Shown: one piece after another, positions 7,865 to 11,991 of the stretch
Numbering within the stretch: position 1 is the first letter of the stretch
Layout: every line of letters starts with the position of its first letter
NCBI GenBank assembly: GCA_003559395.1
Contig: PWLL01000022.1
Coordinates: 1-11,991 of the forward strand
DNA length: 11,991 nt
Origin: Candidatus Iainarchaeum sp.
GTDB taxonomy: Archaea; Iainarchaeota; Iainarchaeia; Iainarchaeales; CSSED10-239
Direction of reading: 5' to 3'
The notes under the pieces: model-generated
The model's input: the letters and a program-made list of their open reading frames with translations, nothing else
Database searches by the model: none
What the model was told of the DNA's origin: nothing
Translations under genes and position numbers: made by a program

Positions 7865-8707
7865 GTGATGAAAATGGTTATGAAAAAAATATTAGTTTTA
7901 TTTATTGTATTGATTGTTAGTTTTATATTTGTAGGAGTTTTAAATACACAAGAAGTTAATGATCTAAACTCTTATGAAGATTTAGAAGGTTATGAAGAAT
8001 ATTTAGATTCAGAAGGAATTGATTATCAAGATTTTGATTCAGAAGACTATGAAGAATATTTAGAGGATTTTGGTTCAGGAGATGTTGATGTTGAAGAAAT
8101 ATTAGACTATATGGAAGAACATGATATTACTTCAGAAGATATTCAAAGATACATGGAAGAACACGATATCTCTCCAGAAGAAGTTCAAAGATATATGGAC
8201 GAATATGGTATAGACTATGAAGATGTTGGTCAAATTGTTGAAGAATACGAAGTAGAAGATGCCTTTGCACAACACATTTCATCAGAACTTATAATGGATA
8301 CTTTTTATCAAAATCTAGGTCTTGTAAAAGAAGGCCTTAATTATATAATAGGAGAAGAAATCGAAATTCCGGGAATCGTATCTTATTTTTATGGAAATAA
8401 AAGTTTTGAGTTGGTTTTAGGAAAAAATGATGGAAACACACATAATGTTTTTTTTGATTTTGAAGATAATTATTTAAAAAACCTTACTCAAGAACAAATA
8501 AGAGAAAAAATAGATATCAGTATATATGTTTCACAAAACGCAATAGATACTGTGTTAGAATCACAAGAAATAAACGATTTTGATGAAATGTTATTAATTA
8601 TACAAGAATTATTTCGAAACAAAGACCTTGACTTTAAGATACATGGGGTTTGGAATAATATTAAATATCAGTTGTTAACCTATTTTAAGTTTTTTATTAC
8701 GATATAA
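7865..8707 (+). CDS. Hypothetical secreted or membrane-anchored protein with a hyper-acidic D/E/Y-rich repeat region
   Basis: Long ORF. Its N-terminus MKKILVLFIVLIVSFIFVGVLNTQ looks like a signal peptide or anchor. The true start is probably one of the ATGs at 7868, 7874 or 7880 rather than GTG 7865. Residues ~35-130 are almost entirely D/E/Y/G/I with internal repeats. The C-terminal ~150 aa have normal composition. I recognise no family. Confidence 0.6.
   Translation: MMKMVMKKILVLFIVLIVSFIFVGVLNTQEVNDLNSYEDLEGYEEYLDSEGIDYQDFDSEDYEEYLEDFGSGDVDVEEILDYMEEHDITSEDIQRYMEEHDISPEEVQRYMDEYGIDYEDVGQIVEEYEVEDAFAQHISSELIMDTFYQNLGLVKEGLNYIIGEEIEIPGIVSYFYGNKSFELVLGKNDGNTHNVFFDFEDNYLKNLTQEQIREKIDISIYVSQNAIDTVLESQEINDFDEMLLIIQELFRNKDLDFKIHGVWNNIKYQLLTYFKFFITI
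8108..8233 (+). repeat. Three imperfect in-frame 42-bp (14-aa) tandem repeats in the acidic protein
   Basis: YMEEHDITSEDIQR (8108-8149), YMEEHDISPEEVQR (8150-8191) and YMDEYGIDYEDVGQ (8192-8233). A looser upstream pair is YEEYLDSEG / YEEYLEDFG. Confidence 0.8.
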
Positions 8708-8770
8708 TATATAGTTTTTAAAATAACATAACTTTAAATAAAAAACCCTACTTATATTAATATATAAGAG

Positions 8771-9463
8771 ATGAGAAATATGGTAGAACAAAGTAATAAA
8801 TTATTGAAAATGTTTGAAGGAATAAACAAAAACTTATATAGATCAAATAAGATTGTAGAACTATATAAACCCTTAAACGAAATACTGTTTGCACTAAACC
8901 AAGACTTAGATCAGTTAATAATTACAGACAAAAAAGAACCACACCTACACGAGCAAATAGAAAAAGAAATAAAAAAAAGAGGATTGATTTCTTTATATAA
9001 AAAAATGGATGAAACCATTTGTAATCTAAAAGAAGAAATAGACTATTTTTATGATCAAATACATAGAGGAGAAGAAATTTTTGAAAAATTTAGAAACTAT
9101 AGAACCTATGTTTTTGAAAATCCAAACAAATCTAAAGAATATTTAGATAAATTAATAAATATATTTAATATTGATAAATTTGTTTTAAAATTTAATGTGG
9201 TTGGAACAATAGACCTTTCAGAAGTAGCAAAGCTTATTAAAGGACAAAAACAAGGAATAAACATTGTGCTTCCTTCAGAAAACGTATCATTAATATACGA
9301 AGAAATACTAAAATCAAAACCAATAAAGTTTAGAATTGTTTATGGGCCTTTAGCCATCTATTTTGAAAAAGATAACGTGCTTTATATAGAAGCACCTAGT
9401 AAGAAAATAGAACTTTGTGATTCAACAGCAAAAGAATTTAATGCAAAACTACTAGACAATTAA
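8771..9463 (+). CDS. Hypothetical protein, 230 aa, no recognisable family
   Basis: Uninterrupted 693-nt ORF, co-directional with lemA and the acidic protein. There is no obvious SD. A TATA-like tttaaata at 8733-8740 sits about 31-38 nt upstream of the ATG, which would fit a near-leaderless transcript. The N-terminal half is helical and charged, and the C-terminal half alternates hydrophobic and polar residues (alpha/beta-like). The TAA stop at 9461-9463 overlaps the stop of the convergent ATPase gene. Confidence 0.55.
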   Translation: MRNMVEQSNKLLKMFEGINKNLYRSNKIVELYKPLNEILFALNQDLDQLIITDKKEPHLHEQIEKEIKKRGLISLYKKMDETICNLKEEIDYFYDQIHRGEEIFEKFRNYRTYVFENPNKSKEYLDKLINIFNIDKFVLKFNVVGTIDLSEVAKLIKGQKQGINIVLPSENVSLIYEEILKSKPIKFRIVYGPLAIYFEKDNVLYIEAPSKKIELCDSTAKEFNAKLLDN

Positions 9464-11991
9464 TCTAAAAAAACATTTGCTGTTTTTCCTCCATCCCATG
9501 TTTCTCTTGGTCTTATTTTAATAAGCATTACTTTTTCTGCATTATCATCAACTAAAATTGCAAAACCTTTTGATTTTGGCATCTGTGCATAAAATTTATC
9601 CATTGGTACGTTCAAATAACTTGGTCTTATTGTAGAAACCGCTTGAATATCCTCTTGAGCAGTCATTCTCATACTTAAGAAAAAATCACATTGACTTATG
9701 GCTTCAGAATGAAGCTTGTTTGGTCTTTGAGTTGCTAACAATAAAGACAAACCAGGTTGCCTTCCAACACGAATCCACTGTAAAAGAACATCAAGGGCCA
9801 TAGAGGGTCTATCTTGTGGCATAAACATGTGTGCTTCGTCAATCATCATCCAGATTATGGGCATCTCACTGCTCTTTTCTCTTCCTTCAACAAGATTGAT
9901 TTCTTCTTCTTTTCTATATAACATTCTTTCTTCATATAATCTTTTGCCAAGAATACCTACTACAAGTTCTTGAACAGACTCCATTCCAATAGACTGTTTA
10001 TAAGTAGACACATCTATTGTCGTTATGGTTCCAGGTTTAGCAAACTCTTTCATTGTTGTTCCAGATTTAGAAAAAAGACCCCATGTTTTTGCAACCTTTA
10101 ATCTGTTTATTAGTGCGTTTTTAATATCTTGGATTGTATCTTCGTCCTTTAAAGATACAGAAACAATATCATCTACATCATAAAAATTACCAAGCTTTTT
10201 TTTGAGTTTTTCTAAAGTTCTTGACAAAAGAGCTGCTTCAGGTTCTTTCCAAGATAATCTAAAAACAGCCAACCAATCTTCAAGATCAATCTGTGAAGTC
10301 TTTATTGAAAAAGAACTATCAAAAGGAATGTTTTTATCCTTATAAAACTCTTTTTTTCCTTCAGGAATAAGGTTTCTTACTTTAATTCCTTCAGGTTTTA
10401 TGTTCCAATCATCACATAGTTTTTGAGAAAGTTCTTCATTTTTGTATTTCATGGTCCAAAAGATTCCAACAGTATCTATAATGATTGCAGATAATCTTTC
10501 TCTAATTTCAAAAGGTTGTTTAGCAAACTCTTCAATAAGCACTGACATAGTGTAGCTATTGTGAACAATAATATTATTTGCAATAAAATTGTGTTCTTTA
10601 GGTACTGTAATATCATAAACTTCTTGTTTTTTATTTATTTTTTTAATTTTTTTAATTTCGTCCCAAAATATATCGCTTGTTGCTATTTTTTTTATGTTTT
10701 CATTATTATCATTTATTGCTATTTTTTCTAGTTTTTCTCTTGATGGTGAATAATTTATTGAAGATCTTAATGATTTTGGTGTTTTGTAGTTAAAAGCTTT
10801 ACCTACTGCACTCCAGTTTTTAGGCCTATAAATATCCCAAATGTCTTTAGGTATGGTATCTATATTAGGGTTGTTTTTTTTAAATTTTATATTTTTGGTT
10901 TTATTTTCTTTTTTACCAAAAAAACCAATTTCTTTTATATATGTGGGTATTTGTGAACTTATGATGTTAAGTTCATAGTTCAATAATCTTTTTGTTTTTT
11001 TTGTTCTTATTATCGAAATGATTCCAAATCTAAGAAGCAATCCTTGTACTTGTAAAATTAATTTTTTAGATGATGATGAGTAAGAGATGATATGTTGTTT
11101 TTTATTGTTGTCAAAATATATTGTTGCATCGCAAGAAAATAATCTATTTAAAAAAAGAGCTAGGTTTTTTTTAGATAACATAAATATTGTATTAGGAATA
11201 AATTTGGTTTCAGATTTGTGATTATATAATTGTATTTCCTCTAAATATTTTCTTAAAGAATTTCTTCTATCTAAAATTTTGTTTTTGGTGATTTGTTTTA
11301 CTTTATTTTTATCTGTTTTTGTTTTTTCGCCAATTATTCTATAATCACTAGGCCCATGGTTTTTGATTATGAGTCGTTTATCAAAATTAAACACAGCTTT
11401 TTTAAAATCATCAACTATCTTTTTATCTTTGTTAGAGAATAAAATAAATCTATTTTTTAAACACCCCTCTGCAATAAGATATGCCAGTAATTTAATTTCA
11501 TAAGTTTGCATTTTTTTAGAACCAAAAAAAGGAATTGTTCGTGGTGTTGCAATTCTACTCCCTTTTTTTAAATTTTCTGCATTTTTCCATCCATTAATGG
11601 TTAATAAAGGATGTTCTGGTGTTAAATTTATTTTCTTTCCAGTTCTTAAAGTTATTTCTAAAGTTTTGTTTATCGTTCTTTTATAAAATTTTTCTTTTTT
11701 TGTAGATATTATTTTTTGTTCTTTATTTAATGAAATTATTTTTTTATTTTCTTTTTCTAGATCTTTAATAGGAATTTCTCTACCATCTTCCAAAGTAATT
11801 AATGTATCTCCACAAAGACATTTGCCACCCCCTCTTTTTCCGCAAACAATTGCAACATGTGATCTAGAAACATCCATTAATACTTTTTTTCCAAGAACTG
11901 GTTCTTCTCCACTAGAAACAACAACTTTGCCTATATATCCAGTAGCCTTATCACCATATTTTTTTAAATCACCTAAAGTTCTTCCAACAAC
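9460..11991 (-). CDS. HerA-like FtsK/HerA-superfamily ATPase (HAS-barrel + DUF87-type P-loop domain) interrupted by an intein; 5' end outside the window
   Basis: The minus-strand frame stays open from 11877 to the window edge. It reads VVGRTLGDLKKYGDKATGYIGKVVVSSGEEPVLGKKVLMDVSRSHVAIVCGKRGGGK, so the ATG at 11877 is internal. After removing aa 20-440 of the track ORF, the Walker A reads GKRGGGK-SYTMSVLIEEF. The Walker B is PIIWMMIDEAHMFMP. The C-terminal LLLATQRP..L....ISQC and IRPRETWDGG are HerA/COG0433-like. Stop at 9460-9462. Confidence 0.85.
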   Translation of the reverse strand, partial: VVGRTLGDLKKYGDKATGYIGKVVVSSGEEPVLGKKVLMDVSRSHVAIVCGKRGGGKCLCGDTLITLEDGREIPIKDLEKENKKIISLNKEQKIISTKKEKFYKRTINKTLEITLRTGKKINLTPEHPLLTINGWKNAENLKKGSRIATPRTIPFFGSKKMQTYEIKLLAYLIAEGCLKNRFILFSNKDKKIVDDFKKAVFNFDKRLIIKNHGPSDYRIIGEKTKTDKNKVKQITKNKILDRRNSLRKYLEEIQLYNHKSETKFIPNTIFMLSKKNLALFLNRLFSCDATIYFDNNKKQHIISYSSSSKKLILQVQGLLLRFGIISIIRTKKTKRLLNYELNIISSQIPTYIKEIGFFGKKENKTKNIKFKKNNPNIDTIPKDIWDIYRPKNWSAVGKAFNYKTPKSLRSSINYSPSREKLEKIAINDNNENIKKIATSDIFWDEIKKIKKINKKQEVYDITVPKEHNFIANNIIVHNSYTMSVLIEEFAKQPFEIRERLSAIIIDTVGIFWTMKYKNEELSQKLCDDWNIKPEGIKVRNLIPEGKKEFYKDKNIPFDSSFSIKTSQIDLEDWLAVFRLSWKEPEAALLSRTLEKLKKKLGNFYDVDDIVSVSLKDEDTIQDIKNALINRLKVAKTWGLFSKSGTTMKEFAKPGTITTIDVSTYKQSIGMESVQELVVGILGKRLYEERMLYRKEEEINLVEGREKSSEMPIIWMMIDEAHMFMPQDRPSMALDVLLQWIRVGRQPGLSLLLATQRPNKLHSEAISQCDFFLSMRMTAQEDIQAVSTIRPSYLNVPMDKFYAQMPKSKGFAILVDDNAEKVMLIKIRPRETWDGGKTANVFLD
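10558..11820 (-). mobile_element. Full-length intein (421 aa; Hint splicing domain + LAGLIDADG homing endonuclease) inserted in the Walker-A loop
   Basis: Block A CLCGDTLITLEDG begins at Cys (11818-11820), right after GGGK. Block B is LTPEHPLLT (TxxH). LAGLIDADG motifs are LLAYLIAEGC and LALFLNRLFSCDAT, plus LILQVQGLLLRFGIIS. Block F is VYDITVPKEHNFIANN. Block G is IIVHN, ending at 10558-10560, followed by the +1 Ser (10555-10557) of SYT. The length is 1263 nt, exactly 421 codons. Confidence 0.85.

Noticed and set aside
11875-11877. ATG at 11877 as the start of the ATPase gene
   Set aside because: The frame continues without a stop for 38 more codons to the window edge. It encodes HAS-barrel-like sequence that leads naturally into the P-loop (VLMDVSRSHVAIVCGKRGGGK). 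The true start is off-window.
1-11991. Alternative genetic code (stop-codon reassignment, as in some candidate phyla)
   Set aside because: TAA (728, 736, 7848, 9463), TAG (1771-1773 on the minus strand, and 7187) and TGA (4711) each terminate a well-supported CDS at the expected length. No conserved gene needs read-through.

Overview
The window is very AT-rich: hand counts of single 60-nt lines range from about 15% to 43% GC. It is tightly packed and uses the standard genetic code, since TAA, TAG and TGA all act as stops. There are nine protein-coding genes and no rRNA, tRNA or CRISPR array that I can recognise. The gene content looks archaeal and fits a small-genome DPANN-like lineage, but that is inference and not proven. 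It includes an Fe-S XPD/Rad3 helicase, a HerA-like ATPase, an Lrp/AsnC regulator and Shine-Dalgarno-led genes.

Gene order:
- (+) 3' end of a GLUG-repeat surface protein
- (-) tandem two-module Lrp/AsnC regulator
- (-) XPD/Rad3 helicase
- 250-bp divergent intergenic region
- (+) EFR1-like flavodoxin/2x[4Fe-4S] ferredoxin
- (+) PEP synthase
- (+) LemA
- (+) secreted or anchored hyper-acidic repeat protein
- (+) 230-aa orphan
- (-) HAS-barrel/DUF87 HerA-like ATPase that runs off the right edge

The strongest signal is a 421-aa intein (10558-11820). It is a full-length Hint domain plus a LAGLIDADG homing endonuclease, inserted exactly between the Lys and Ser of the ATPase Walker-A loop (GKRGGGK|SYT).

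Secondary signals:
- a perfect in-frame 81-bp tandem duplication at the left edge
- a LemA-led trio of uncharacterised genes
- convergent gene ends that abut or overlap

I cannot show that any of this is a new system. The HerA-like ATPase and its off-window neighbours, and the LemA / acidic protein / orphan cluster, are the best candidates for follow-up.
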